The notes under the pieces were generated by a model. It saw only the letters and a program-made list of their open reading frames with translations. It was not told the DNA's origin and did not search any database. DNA of 64,000 nt from Phoronis australis (taxonomy: Eukaryota > Animalia > Phoronida), in contig NMRA01000043.1 in assembly GCA_002633005.1 (NCBI GenBank), positions 832,481 through 896,480 of the forward strand, read 5' to 3'. Of the stretch, positions 40,196-52,793 are shown in pieces. The position numbers and the translations under genes were made by a program. Every line of letters begins with the position of its first letter. The stretch's first letter is position 1.

Positions 40196-41183
40196 CAGTG
40201 GCGGATCTAGGATATCACAAGGGGGGGACCCAACATTTTTTCCGGCTGTAGGCATTTGCGCAAACCACGATTGTAGATATGCATAGCACCGAATGGGGGG
40301 AGGTCGGGAGGGGGGTTTGCCCCCCTCCCGCCCAAGAAATTTTTCTGTTTTTTCCTCTAAAAATCAAGCATTTTCCTTGATTTCTGATGTATTATCCAAG
40401 AAAAAAAAGGCAAAAAAATAAAAAAACACGGATAACGTGTAACACAGGAAAAGCTGCGAGTTCCACAGACTCGAACTCACGACCTGGCTGATAGGACGTG
40501 CGAGCTTTACCACTACACCACCACGATTTCACTATTAACGTTAACAAAGAGACCTACTTGTTTATGGTCCACACCGTTTGCGCGCGAAACCTACTTCTTT
40601 TTATAATGCTTATTACACGTTTTATATTTTGTGCAATCGCATCTTAACAAATTTGTTGTATTTAAAATAGTGTTCAAATGCCCAAAACACCAAATCCGTT
40701 TTTCGTGATGACGGGATTGCTTTGGAAATGGTCTTAAGTTAAGGTTTGACAAAGAGAGAATTAATGAGTTTCTGAGTGATTCACTAAGGCTTTGATTAAA
40801 ATTCACATCTTACCAGCAACTTCTGTTTTTTCATCGTCACTCAGGTTCCATTTTCTTTAAAAAATGAAGTAAATTCTCCTCATTGCACATTGGAGCAGAC
40901 GACGGAAACGGAGTCGTATTGCGCAGCGCATCTGCCGGTCGCCTGGGATATCGCCGGAGAGCCTACACTTAGCCAGAGTTCCGTTACGAATGTGCCGTGT
41001 TCAGGATTTGACACTTGAAATTGGATCTGAGCCCCCCCAAAAAACACTAAAACTGCACACATATAAACCTTTTTTCATCCGTATAATTTTAATTACCGGG
41101 GCAAGTTAATAAACTCAACATTTCCCTACGCTCTTGTTGTTTTATTTTTTTGCGGCAGCCAAGGGGGGGGGGCCCGGGCCCCT
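40196..41183. mobile_element. Probable non-autonomous DNA transposon (hAT-like left end, right end truncated)
   Basis: CAGTGGCGGATCTAG..GGGGGGG left end and G-run/GGCCCGGGCCCC right subterminus. It interrupts a degenerate AGTGCC(A/G)CT tandem array. Confidence 0.45.
40452..40525 (-). other. tRNA-like Pol III segment (SINE head or pseudo-tRNA)
   Basis: Minus strand GTGGTGTAGTGGTAAAGC (A box) ... GTGAGTTCGAGTC (B box); no proper acceptor stem. Confidence 0.5.
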
Positions 41184-42447
41184 AAGTGCCACTAAAAAGA
41201 CCATGTGTTCATTCTTCAAACGGTGTAACTTTCCATTTTTCACATTTCACACAAATTACCAGAGTTCATTTATCAAACAAAAGGTTTGTTTTTTGCGATA
41301 ATGGCTTAAGTGTTTTGAACACGCTGTCTCAATCTGTTGCATATTTTTATGCAAAAGATGACTCGAGGCAACTGCATAATTAACCAAGTAATATTAAAAG
41401 ATGATATGTCACTCAAAAGCCATCTTTTATATCAATGACGACACCACGAAGAATTGGGAGAATTAGTCAAAAGTTAACTTCGAAGTTAAAACTGCCAGTA
41501 AACTTAACAGTAGTCAAGTGGATACAACAACACACTGTTGGTGCTTTGATGGAGTGTAAAGATTGAGTTCAGCATCATGGGAGTTATCCATAGGAAACAC
41601 TGTCAATCACAGTCAATTAAAATATTAACCATTCTAATATCATCAGGACTTCACTTCCTTTATAAGAACATATTCAAGTAAATAACAGTACATAACACAT
41701 GCACAGTGTCACTTTGATGACCTAAGCAGCAAGAGACAACTTTGGTGTTTATAAACTATGGTAAAGTTTCCTCAAATTCAAACAAAAACAAAAGGTCAAA
41801 ATTGTCATTTTTACATGTTCCAAACGTTCATAGACAAAAATGTTCGAAATTCCGAAATTCCGTGTTTGCTGATGACAGCTGTACTATATAAAGTTTTCAA
41901 ATAATCAAGAAAATTGTCTTCTTGTTTAGTCTTGTTGAAAATTTTGATAAAATAAAATTTTGCAGTTTCGCGGTATTGGGTTCTAATTCAAAGAAACATT
42001 ACCATACTAGTCAATAAGGTTCAACTAACTTGTTAGTTTCCATTGATACTGAGGCTGAACTCAACAGATTTGTAATTTAATTGAAAAGTTGAGATTCCTA
42101 TGAAAAGTAAATTTGTCTGTGACATGACAAAGAAGACTGAGCATGCTGACATATTCGAATTGAAAAGTAATACCTGGATAATACCAACGAAGACCCCAAA
42201 TTTAAAGCACCAACACTCAGGGCATGGATTCCCATTTACTAATGCTAGCTAAAAATACCTTGCATCTTACTCATATCAGGATTTAAAGCACTTGCCACGT
42301 AGTTCTATTCCAACTTTATTGTCTAGTGAATGCAATGAAATGACAGTCTCATCCTGACAAGCACATTAGCATGGTGATTTTCTGCTCCAAAAAGATAAAG
42401 CAGATCACCACCATGACAACCCTACAGTAAGGCTGACAGAGCTCTTC

Positions 42448-42676
42448 CCTAATGTTTGATCAACAATATTCAATTGTACAATTTTTAGTTACAAAATTAA
42501 GCACCTAATGTTTGATCAACAATATTCAATTATACAATTTTTAGTTACAAAATTAAGCACCTAATGTTTGATCAACAATATTCAATTATACAATTTTTAG
42601 TTACAAAATTAAGCACCTAATGTTTGATCAACAATATTCAATTGTACAATTTTTTTCGTTACGAAATTAAGCACCT
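42448..42676. repeat. Minisatellite, 56-bp unit x4
   Basis: CCTAATGTTTGATCAACAATATTCAATT(G/A)TACAATTTTTAGTTACAAAATTAAGCA repeated. Confidence 0.95.
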
Positions 42677-43175
42677 TGTAAGAACTAAATTGCATTTTGG
42701 ATGCCAGATACCACTTAACCACCAATTTTCAAAGTTTTTGGTCAATGCGTAAGAACTCATCCAGTGTTCTCTCATGGGAATAAATGCACGGATACTCTCC
42801 CTACACCACAGACAACACATCAATGTTATGGCCACACACAGAATCATCTGCACTAACTACTGGTATTATGGTTTGCACTAAATAGTCGATGAAATATTAG
42901 TATATCAATTATGGCAATTGGTGCAGTTATTCCACTATGTTACCCAAGAAAAAGTTGTGGTGACAAAAGAAAGTTACGAGTGGCTACGTAGGTCTGCGCA
43001 AATCATTGCAATTTCATAATTACAACACTTGGTGAAATTACCATGATTTGTGGCTCCAAAATACTTTACTTGACATCTGAAAGTCTATTCCCACCAACAC
43101 AATCCTAGCTGCTCATTTGCAAGAAATAACTGAACCCCTAGTCAGCAATACAAACGTAGTTACCAAGTCCCTTAC

Positions 43176-43307
43176 CTTGAGGTGACGGTATCTCATGAAA
43201 TAGAGGCCCAGTGTGGCACACACCATGGCCATGTTGCTGTTGGTCAAAGTCACTGAACGCAAGTACTTCCTCATATGCCCATCTTTGTGCATCTCGTGGA
43301 CCGCCAT
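43176..43307 (-). CDS. Candidate alternative first coding exon of a short CASK isoform (MAVHEMHKDGHMRKYLRSVTLTNSNMAMVCATLGLYFMRYRHLK)
   Basis: aatATGG start, 44 open codons, strong AAG|gtaagg donor in phase 0, compatible with the LYDRISS exon. Confidence 0.4.
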
Positions 43308-45770
43308 ATTGGACAACGGTCAAATCAACCATTAGCCTGATTAACCACACAAGGTACAGATATATCACCACATTAGGACTACCAAATCCAGCAGCTTCCC
43401 AACAGCCTGTTGATGACAAGCTGGATGTGCGATTAATAATGTCCACAGTATCTTTTGCTGATGTCAGCAAAACCAGCAGATAGTGAAACAAATGTGACAG
43501 ACCATTCTCACAGGAATGAGAATCTATACTCCAACATGAAGCTGTGAGAGCCTAGAAATCAAGGTAACTGTAAGAAAATATTGCAGTGAACTGATAAAAA
43601 CGTGTTCGCATTGATCGCAAGACAACAGACGGAACTGAGAACAATACTACAGCGCTTGTCATAGTACTATTCACAACAAGTCCATAGGAATAAACTCAGC
43701 TAAGACAAACAGTCAAATATGGCTTGAAATACAATGTGCTCGTCAACTCGCACTATGTCTAATTACAGTATATCAACTAAAACATTGAACATTGAAACAG
43801 AAATGCAGATTGATCACCAATGACAATACCTAATATTTGTGATATTCTAATCATTACAACTAAATGAGTTGGATCAATCACAGTAAGCAAAACTGCTGAA
43901 CATTATAAAGGTTGGACAGCTTTAAAAGGCAAATTACCATAGCTTGCTCTTATAAAATCACTATTGTTTGACAAAACATAATGATTGTGTGAACAATTCA
44001 ACTACTAATAAGCTTGCCCACTGTTCATACAACCATTATGTAACTGTTCATAGTCTATTGATTGACTGAGGCACATACTCACAGCACTATTCCTCCTCAG
44101 GTATAATGATCAATTAGAACTCAGATAGAGATTAGAACTAGAAACAGTAACACATGTAAAAATAAAATAAAAACTCAAGCTAACTCAGTCGACACATATT
44201 TAGAACTGGATAGCCCGAGAAGCATACAGCAATTTTCTAGATTAAATTAAGTAAATGATGAGACATGTTAATGGTTGAGCTGCACAGATCAAGTTCAGAC
44301 AAAGCCACCAGGCTTAATTACTTAATCCTCACTATAGAATGTGACGTCTCTCATTGACACACTATACTCCATGCATCACTCAGTGGATGGCTCATCAAGT
44401 GTAGCTAGAACTACACAGGAGTCTGACAATGGACGGACAGTTTAGTGTGCCCCGCTTGGCTTTTCAACTTTTTTTCAGCATTGCAACACAGTATGCATCA
44501 GTAAAACTGTATGCCATTAGAATGATGAATGTCTGAACCTATTGGAAGTAAACTAATGCTTAAAACAACAGTATTGGAATGAATGATTCCTACTAACTAC
44601 AGCTTTGTAAGAAAATACTCAACATCACAGGGAACTCGCTAAAACTGTAATTCTAACTAATCCTATTTTGCAATTGCAAATCAATGAAAATCTAACAAAA
44701 AATGATACAGGTAATGTTGAGACATGGCTGGGAAATTGATAATCAAGGAAATTTCAGAGCAAAAATCTTTCTCATAATTCTAAATGATAATTTTGTTATT
44801 TACAACTTAATGACTTCTATGACACTTTTCACTTTTTCATTGCCATTGTGAGTGTCTATAATAATTGAAAACTTAATATGAAAAGAGAAAAAAACTGAAT
44901 GAACCTGTCAAAATTTCTCAATTAAAGTAATCCAGGTTGAACCTTGCCTTGGTTGTTTGCAAGGATTGCACAGGTACACTAGTTGTAACTTTACCATACA
45001 GCCATGTTATTACAGCACTGGTCCTCCCTTATGACAAGTCCACAGTGGTGTTGATCCTAACTTGTCAGCAGGTAGCTCCAAAAGTGGAGTGTAGCCTTCA
45101 CAGGAAGTAGTCTTCACCTACTCTTTGCAAACACAGGAGGAATAACTCTTACCACAAACAAAATCAGGCCAGAATACACTATAATCTAAACAGCCAAGAC
45201 AAGTGGGTTATGAAAAGTATTTTCTTCCTGGCAAATTAGGTAATACTTTGACCTTCCAATGAGTGTAGCTTCAATATATCAGGGTTGATAAATTGTTATG
45301 AATAAAAACATGTGAAAGTAAAGGAAATAATGGGCTCACAACTGACAGACCAATCAAGTCTAACCTAATAACAGGTTTAGCCAAGTCACTACAGTGCAAT
45401 TCACTTACCAATAACAAGGCAGGACCTAGGAAGGCCTAGATCAGACCATTTCTAACTAATTCAATAATGAACATTTTCCATTTTAAAGAGTCACCAAATA
45501 CCTAATCACATTAAGACTTTGCATTCCCCAAACAAGACAATTCTAACACCTGGTAATTCATCTACCAATATATACAGGTCATACATAACAGACTACAGCC
45601 TTGATAGTATTCCATTCACCATAACAGACACACTCCCTACCTACCAAATACTACAACTGCTACCATAAATTAATAGCATGCAAATTTATACCTCTGCAGG
45701 GTCGTTGTTTGTAGACAAGTCAAGCACAATGACCTCACGAAATGAAATCAATGCCCATTGACAAAGTTAC

Positions 45771-45800
45771 CTGCGCATAATTAGTCTTTCCAATTTTCAT
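45771..45800 (-). CDS. Candidate alternative first coding exon (MKIGKTNYAQ)
   Basis: gccATG start, CAG|gtaact phase-0 donor, CCAAT cluster 110-200 nt upstream. Confidence 0.3.
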
Positions 45801-45884
45801 GGCAACAAAAACAAAAAAATAATCAGTGACCACCTCTTGACCATGACTTTTCTCACCTTTGAACTTGCACTGACTAAAACCAAC

Positions 45885-46005
45885 CCAATGGATCTTTTGA
45901 AGTGGTACTCGCCCAATCAATGACACGTGTCTACTAAAACAGAACCCATTTTTCACCCAATCAATGATGTGGAGTAAATCTGATTTCTACTAAGAATTCG
46001 GCCAA
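45885..46005. promoter_or_regulatory. CCAAT-box cluster with an E-box, possible internal promoter
   Basis: CCAATC at 45913, 45957 and 46001 (44-bp spacing), CCAATG at 45885, CACGTG at 45925; upstream of the candidate exon at 45800 on the minus strand. Confidence 0.3.
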
Positions 46006-47004
46006 TCTATGTTGACAAAAAATTTGACAATTCTTGCAACTCATTCCAGTCACAACAAATAGACTAGTGAGATATGAGGACTGCATGCAGTTAAACTCAC
46101 CTACTGAAAGACCCTGGAATTGTACTTTCTATGTCAAGATTTATGATGGCCCACAGTATATGTGCCAGGCAAGTGTTGGACCATAATGCACACATTAACA
46201 GTTTCATAACCAGAACACTTATTGCAACTGGTATTGGCAATTGAAAAGAAACACAATAAATGTGATTTACGCACAATGCACTCAGCCGCAGTAGCCAGAG
46301 GAGATCACCATGTGAATGCCAGTACCCTGCAAGAACTGCAAGACAACCTGCATGAACCAAACTCACCTAAACATGACAGTTCACAAGCTGGTACATGGCC
46401 AGCTACCTAAGAATTGATGGCTTGAAAGGGGTTCATTTGTGACTTGACCCAGACTGCCACTGCATTTTGCAGGGGGGTCTCCAGTTCTACTGCTAGACAA
46501 CATTTCAACACTTAAGCTCATCAATATTTCTTTTTGACCACTATACATCACATACACAATGCCAAACATTTAAAAGCAGTAAGAGAGCCTAGACAGCCAA
46601 GTGACTGTTGTTGAAACAGGCACAGAGCCTCTCCTCAAGGAAAAGGATAAAGTGACCTGTTCGGAAAGGGGTCAGTGCAGCCATAATGTGCACTAGGTAG
46701 ACCCCAACAAAGAATACAAACTACAAACACTCCTAAGGTCTGGATATTATTCCAACACAGAAGACACTTCAAAAGGTTCCACTGAGCTGTTTCCCTTTAT
46801 CAGAAATGCTTCTCAGATGTGGCAGCATAACTTTCCAACAGAAACCAAGACAAATGGTCAGAATCTCACATCGTTTTAACTAAAGCATTGTTGACAAATA
46901 TGAAATCTACAACATCTCTTGCTAAAAAGTATTAAAAGTCTCAAATTGATGGTCAGCAGGAGCTCCATCTATTGTCCACAATGTTACTGAGCAGTACGAT
47001 ACAT

Positions 47005-47493
47005 AAGCCTCAAGAAGGCGCAGATTGGTTTAGCCATTTGAGCCTTGGTTATGGGAAATACCTTCTGTGCAATGATTGGCCATTGCCTCGACATCATTAA
47101 AACAAAGGAAGATTTTAATTATTTTCACAGGCATTGTTATTGCCATTCATGAAACAGAAGACATTGTTTTGGTTACTGTTTGAACTAAAGGTTGTTGGCG
47201 TACTTATTTTCAATTTTTATTAATAGTATCATAGAAATCAATCTCTTTTCGAATCAAAACACATTATTTTTGCAATAGTTTAGACCTAAATTGTGTCACT
47301 ATACCGTTAATTTAATTTTCAATTTCATATTAAACTGCAGGGAATTTCAACGTTGAAATAACTTTACATTACTCGTGATATTCCAATGATTTCCGTAAAA
47401 ATGTGTCAGAATTCCGGCACATTTCATTTCCCATAACCAAGACTCAAATGGCTAAACTGATCAGCGCCACCTTGAGGCTTGGGGACGAGGCTG
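47005..47493. mobile_element. MITE with about 50-bp inverted repeats
   Basis: AAGCCTCAAGAAGGCGC..TTTAGCCATTTGAGCCTTGGTTATGGGAAAT vs ATTTCCCATAACCAAGACTCAAATGGCTAAA..GCGCCACCTTGAGGCTT; the right end continues GGGGACGAGGCT. Confidence 0.75.
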
Positions 47494-47649
47494 CTTGAAA
47501 CATGACATGACCAATCTTCTTTGCTTACTGAACCTGTCTCTAGTATGTGGAGATTGCTGAACTAATAATGGACGCAAATGTAATCAGCAGTCAGCAAGTC
47601 AGTCTTTGGGACATCATGTCAGTAAATACTTCACCTACTTGTATTGAGC

Positions 47650-47720
47650 ACTCAACTGTCAATTGAGGACTCAACTGTCAATTGAGGACTCAACTGTCAA
47701 TTGAGGACTCAACTGTCAAT
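47650..47720. repeat. Tandem repeat, 19-bp unit x~4
   Basis: CTCAACTGTCAATTGAGGA repeated. Confidence 0.9.
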
Positions 47721-49540
47721 TTTTATTGCTGAAAAACATCATGGTCATTTTCTCACATTTATTTTTTCACAATTTTAGGTTTGAAGCTTTTGCAAATAAG
47801 GCCAGAGTTGTTTGGTACTGTTTATGTCCAGATTACATGACATTTAATCAAGGCTCATCAACTCTTAACAATAGATTAGCCTTGGGCACATGAGGGATTA
47901 GCTTTTGATGTGGTCACATGGTTGTTTTAATGAAGTATGGGGTAAAACTGCACCAATTCCAACAGAAATGTGGGCAAAGGGTGAAACTGAAGAATTTTAC
48001 TAATGATATGACCCAAGTGTTGCCTTGACAACAGAGAGGCAAAAATCTGGGATCAGTCAGTTATCACCTGAAACACTGGATATTGAAAACAATGCAAGAT
48101 CAGTGATAAATAGCAAGCTGCTGTCACAGGGTACAAACCTCTGCCAAGTAACATTGTTATTGCCATAGTAACCTGAGCATCAGATACAGACTAAAACAAC
48201 AGTATGATCAACAGCTTTTTGTGTTGAGTGAAACTGGTTGCCTACACCAAATGACCAACAAGTGAAATTTATTTTTATCATATTTCATTAATTGAAATTT
48301 GCAGGTATTCACAACAATGTCAGAAAGCCTTGAAAAATGAAATACGACAAATTTTGCTAACAATTTTTGTCTGAGATTAGAGAAATTACCACAATTAAAG
48401 TTGATGAGTACACTGTCTTGGTGGTGAGATGTTTGCTATATGACTGGATGTCAGTACCATTATTATACAGGTTCACATTAAATGCTTATAACATCTGCTA
48501 TCATCTCCAACATCTATTCGATTGTACTACGCGTCTCATTTATGACCTGTCTGAAAAAAGTTGTATAAAACTCAGAATGTTTTATTGTATTTTGAGGTTA
48601 GGTAGTACCTGCCGTAGATTAAATACCCATGTTCTACGTCACCGAATTGATCAACCTTAAACAACATTATACAAGCTGGACCCATATTATTCAAAGTTCC
48701 ACATTAACTAGCAGATATTCTTCTCATTTAAATGCAATTGAATGTACCACAGAAGAAAACGGTGATGAATGAACAGATCATGGGATTTTTTCACTTTGAA
48801 CACTAGTCAGCAATAAAACATACATTCCATGGTGATCGACTTGACTAAAATCTCACCGATTTCAGATAAAAAATTACCAAAATTGACAGACCCTTCTTAT
48901 TCTTAAAATGCTCCTAAAATTGTCATGAATGTCTACAGAATCTCATGTCAGATGGTAGCTATATTTTACAAGTTAAAACTACAAAAGCTTGCCTACTCAC
49001 AGTACATGAAAAAAATTACGAAAAAAGTTTTACTTGTCCACTATTTTTGTCTCCTAAATAGAATGAGATTTTACGGTACCTGTAGCTTGAGTTACGTTAG
49101 AGACCAGCAACCTTATTCAAGGTTGCACAACAATGGTTACCACGAGGCAATTTAATGTGATACAAGGTGACTAGCCCAGAGTACGTAAAGCCGTTGGAAA
49201 TTCAACGTAAGCCGTGGCCTTCTCATCAGGAACACATTCGCGAATTTTAATAATGATCCTTCAGGCAGTTTGGCGGATATAAAGGCAAACGCTAAAAAAA
49301 CAGACTTCCAGAGTCTGCGACGTCCGACAGGCGCCAGACTAACAGAGATGACATCATCATGCATAGACTGAATGAAGCAAAGGATAGATATAATAAAAGC
49401 AGTGAAGCATATCATCATAAATTGATGCTAAAAAATATGAAGAAAAAGCCATTATAAGAAGCATCTTCACCGTACACTCACTGCTCACACATGGTATAGT
49501 CATCACACACCACTGTACTAGAGTGTAGAAGGGTGCCTTT

Positions 49541-50012
49541 GGCTTGTCTCTGCTACTGACATGTCCAATAATTAGTTATGTATTGAGGGCTTGTCTCTGC
49601 TACTGACATGTTCAGTAATTAGTTACGTATTGAGGGATTGTCTCTGCTACTCAAATGTTCAGTAATTAGTTACGTATTGAGGGCTTGTCTCTGCTACTGA
49701 CATGTTCAGTAATTAGTTACGTATTGAGGGCTTGTCTCTGCAACTGACATGTTCAGTAATTAGTTACGTATTGATGGCTTGTCTCTGCTACTGACATGTT
49801 CAGTAATTAGTTACGTATGGAGGGCTTGTCTCTGCTACTGACATGTTCAATAATTAGTTATGTATTGAGGGCTTGTCTCTGCAACTGACATGTTCAGTAA
49901 TTAGTTACATGTTGAGGGCTTGTCTCTGCTACTGACATGTTCAGTAATTAGTTACGTATTGATGGCTTGTCTCTGCTACTGACATGTTCAGTAATTAGTT
50001 ACGTATTGAGGG
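49541..50012. repeat. Minisatellite, 47-bp unit x10
   Basis: GGCTTGTCTCTGCTACTGACATGTTCAGTAATTAGTTACGTATTGAG repeated. Confidence 0.97.
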
Positions 50013-50982
50013 AAGTAATCAAGTAAGCAAGTGAAGTAAAGAGCCAAAATAACTTACATTTTATTAATAAATTTCATCAAAATATTTGTGATTAATTTTT
50101 TGCAAAGGTATGATGTCGTCAAAAACCGCTGTTAAAACGAGACAAAATGTAACCAACAGTAAAGGTCTAAACGATGCACAAACTCACACAAAACTGAGCA
50201 GAAACAAATCAACATTCCACTTTGAATTGAATTGAATATTCCAGCCAAGCTGGGGGAGTCAACAGGCCACTCCATCAAACCACCTTGCACAAATTACACA
50301 GGCACACGCACACGCGCCCACACCCACACCCACGCACACGCACACGCACAAACACAGTCTTTCTAACAGATACCCCGGTTATGTGGGACTACTTAGGCTG
50401 TGCCTGGTACTGTAACGGGTTCGATGTTCAAAGTGAGTGTGCAGACATCATAAAAGCATGCAATTGAGCACTAATGAAGATTTTAGTGATGGCTGGCCCT
50501 TGTTAATAATTAGGCAGTTTCAGATAGGAAGAATGCACCTTGTTCATGAATAAGACAAGAGAATTGAGAATATCTTTGTTTGTTGAAAAACATGAAATTC
50601 TCAGTGAATACACAAGTGTTGTAACAACACAGCTGTCACTCATCAAGTCTCTCACTTAGAGGCTCACAACCTTGGGTTAACTCAGTGCACTGATATGGCT
50701 CACAAAATTTTCCACTTTGGGACAGAGAAAATTAATAATTTTGCTCAAGGCTGGAGCTTGTACCAAAGTTTAGAAACAGACAACACTGGCTGTCTTAAAT
50801 TCAAGAATGACTATAAATGACATATCAGTGTTCACCTGGATGTTGAACACTATGGGAGACTCAAGTAAGTGACTATTCGCCATGAATCCACTGATACCAC
50901 TGTTACCCCTTCAAAACCATTCACACGCCATGCTGTCCCACCACCAACAGCATGTGTTTGTGTGTATGGTCACGTGACTCAC

Positions 50983-51101
50983 CCGTAACAACTTGTGTAG
51001 CTGGTAATCCTCAAACACCGACTGTAGCAGGTCAAGGTCAGTGTCGTTACAGTCTGTCAGACACTGAATTTCCTCGAGACTGTCCAGCACTCGAGACACA
51101 G
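50983..51101 (-). CDS. CASK: CASK internal exon: first L27 domain ([40 protein letters not shown])
   Basis: 119 nt, cttcag acceptor, CGG|gtgagt donor, phase 1-0. Matches [44 protein letters not shown]. Confidence 0.95.
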
Positions 51102-51801
51102 CTGAAGCAGACAATAGGCAAGCACAAATCAGCAGATGACAAAAACATGGTGGGATCACGTGAACTCAGTTGTGCGCAAGTTGATCGCACAACCGCTTAC
51201 TTCATTACAATGTTCAATGGTAAATAGACATTTCTAGGGCCAAACAAAAGTCGTGCGTGCCTATACCAGAATATAAATGTATGAGAAGGGTTTATAATAG
51301 CATGCAACACGTTGTCCATGTCACCTTTCGCGTGATTTGCCACTAGCTGCCACTAGCGCCAGCACAGGTCAAAGCGTCACAACCACGAAACCTTTGTTAC
51401 TAACTGATACGATGCTTTGACACAAGACAATCTTCAATATTAAGAAATATATGACAACCATGGACCCTTTCTCGAAGTATCTATTGACTTATAGACAAAG
51501 CTCATATTTCTGACTATGAATAGCCAAAAGTTGATTTTCTACTCATTTGTCCATAAAACTAGTTTGTTTGCTTGTCCACAAAGTTTCTTTGCTAGTTTCT
51601 TCGTTCACATGCTACGAGTTGCATTTTTTTATCCACTTGCCACGAAATTTACACACAAAATGTGTTTTTATTGCCTCAATGCACAATACTTTTTATTGAG
51701 ATCAGATGCAAGATGTGCGTTTGTGGAACTCTAGCTCATAGGTTCTAGTTCCAATCTATCTTAAACTTGGGAATTTCCTCTCGTTTCACTTGTAACACCA
51801 A

Positions 51802-52559
51802 AGGGCCTTTCACACTAAGGTCGACACCTTAATGTTTTGGGAAGTTGCGATCAGTATGAATGCTTCACTTCGGTCCTGGATCAAAGTTAACAGTACCAGT
51901 TAAATTGTTACATAAAAAATGTTAGAGTGCAAGTGATGCAGCAGTGCTATCTTGTAATAACTTTGATGACGCGTAGTCTCACCTACCATTTACTTCAATG
52001 CTGTTAACTACTGAAGCCAGAATGAACAGTTTAATTAACTGCGCAGTTTACATCGATGTTCCTGCTCATACAAGAGTAAACTATAGAATATTCACCTTTA
52101 CCCAATAGAGGTCACTAGTCACGGACAGGAAGTGGATTCCATGACTAACGAGTCTCGCTAAATTAAAGCATTCTCTCTCTCTAGACATTGTATGGACATT
52201 TTTAGAGGTATAAGCTAGATATAAGATTTAAGTGTTTTAGCAGCATTTTCACTACGTTGCAGCGATTAATGCCTATTAATTTTACGTTCATTTTCCTCGC
52301 ATTTTAGTGAAGGTTATCCTTCTCTTTGTTGTAGATCGTCTTCATTCCAAGACGCACTGAATCGTTGAAATAAAGCTCGAAAAAGTTCAAATACTTATCT
52401 ATGAAGACGATCTCTAAAAATGTCCATACAATGTCCAGAGAGAGAGAATGCTTTAATTTAGCGAGACTCGTTAGTCATGGAATCCACTTCCTGTCCGTGA
52501 CTAGTGACCTCTATTGGGTAAAGGTGAATATTCTATATAAACTTAGTATGAAAGGGCCT
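51802..52559. mobile_element. Harbinger-like MITE with 3-bp TSD, hosting a nested MITE
   Basis: CAA|AGGGCCTTTCACACTAAG ... CTTAGTATGAAAGGGCCT|CAA; relatives at 60660-61164 and about 9020-9175. Confidence 0.75.
52082..52537. mobile_element. Young unclassified MITE with about 126-bp near-perfect TIRs and 5-bp TSD
   Basis: TAAAC|TATAGAATATTCACCTTTACCC ... GGGTAAAGGTGAATATTCTATA|TAAAC. Confidence 0.85.
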
Positions 52560-52793
52560 CAAATGAATTTTCAGTTCCCACTCAGTAACCCTCCATGACA
52601 GGTCAATTTAGAAAACAGGGTTGCATAAGACTTCCAATCTCATCCAGCTGGTTAAGTTTGATTGTTGCATGATGCCAACAACATTGTTCAACAGTAAAAA
52701 CTTGATGCATGACAATGAAACATTCTTGTTGTTATCCAGCATGCAAATTTTATGAAACTAGCGCCAAGAAGCTGCACGAATCGTTCATGAACT

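Noticed and set aside
49152-49418. Hydrophobic 88-aa ORF in a CpG-richer patch
   Set aside because: No recognisable homology and no good in-frame donor.
49541-50012. Regular arrays (also 5413, 25342, 32355, 42448, 57551) as CRISPR arrays
   Set aside because: Units are head-to-tail with no unique spacers, there are no cas genes, and the context is a eukaryotic intron.
51102-51159. Cys-rich in-frame extension upstream of the L27-1 exon ([15 protein letters not shown])
   Set aside because: Starts at GTG with no in-frame ATG and coincides with the polypyrimidine tract.
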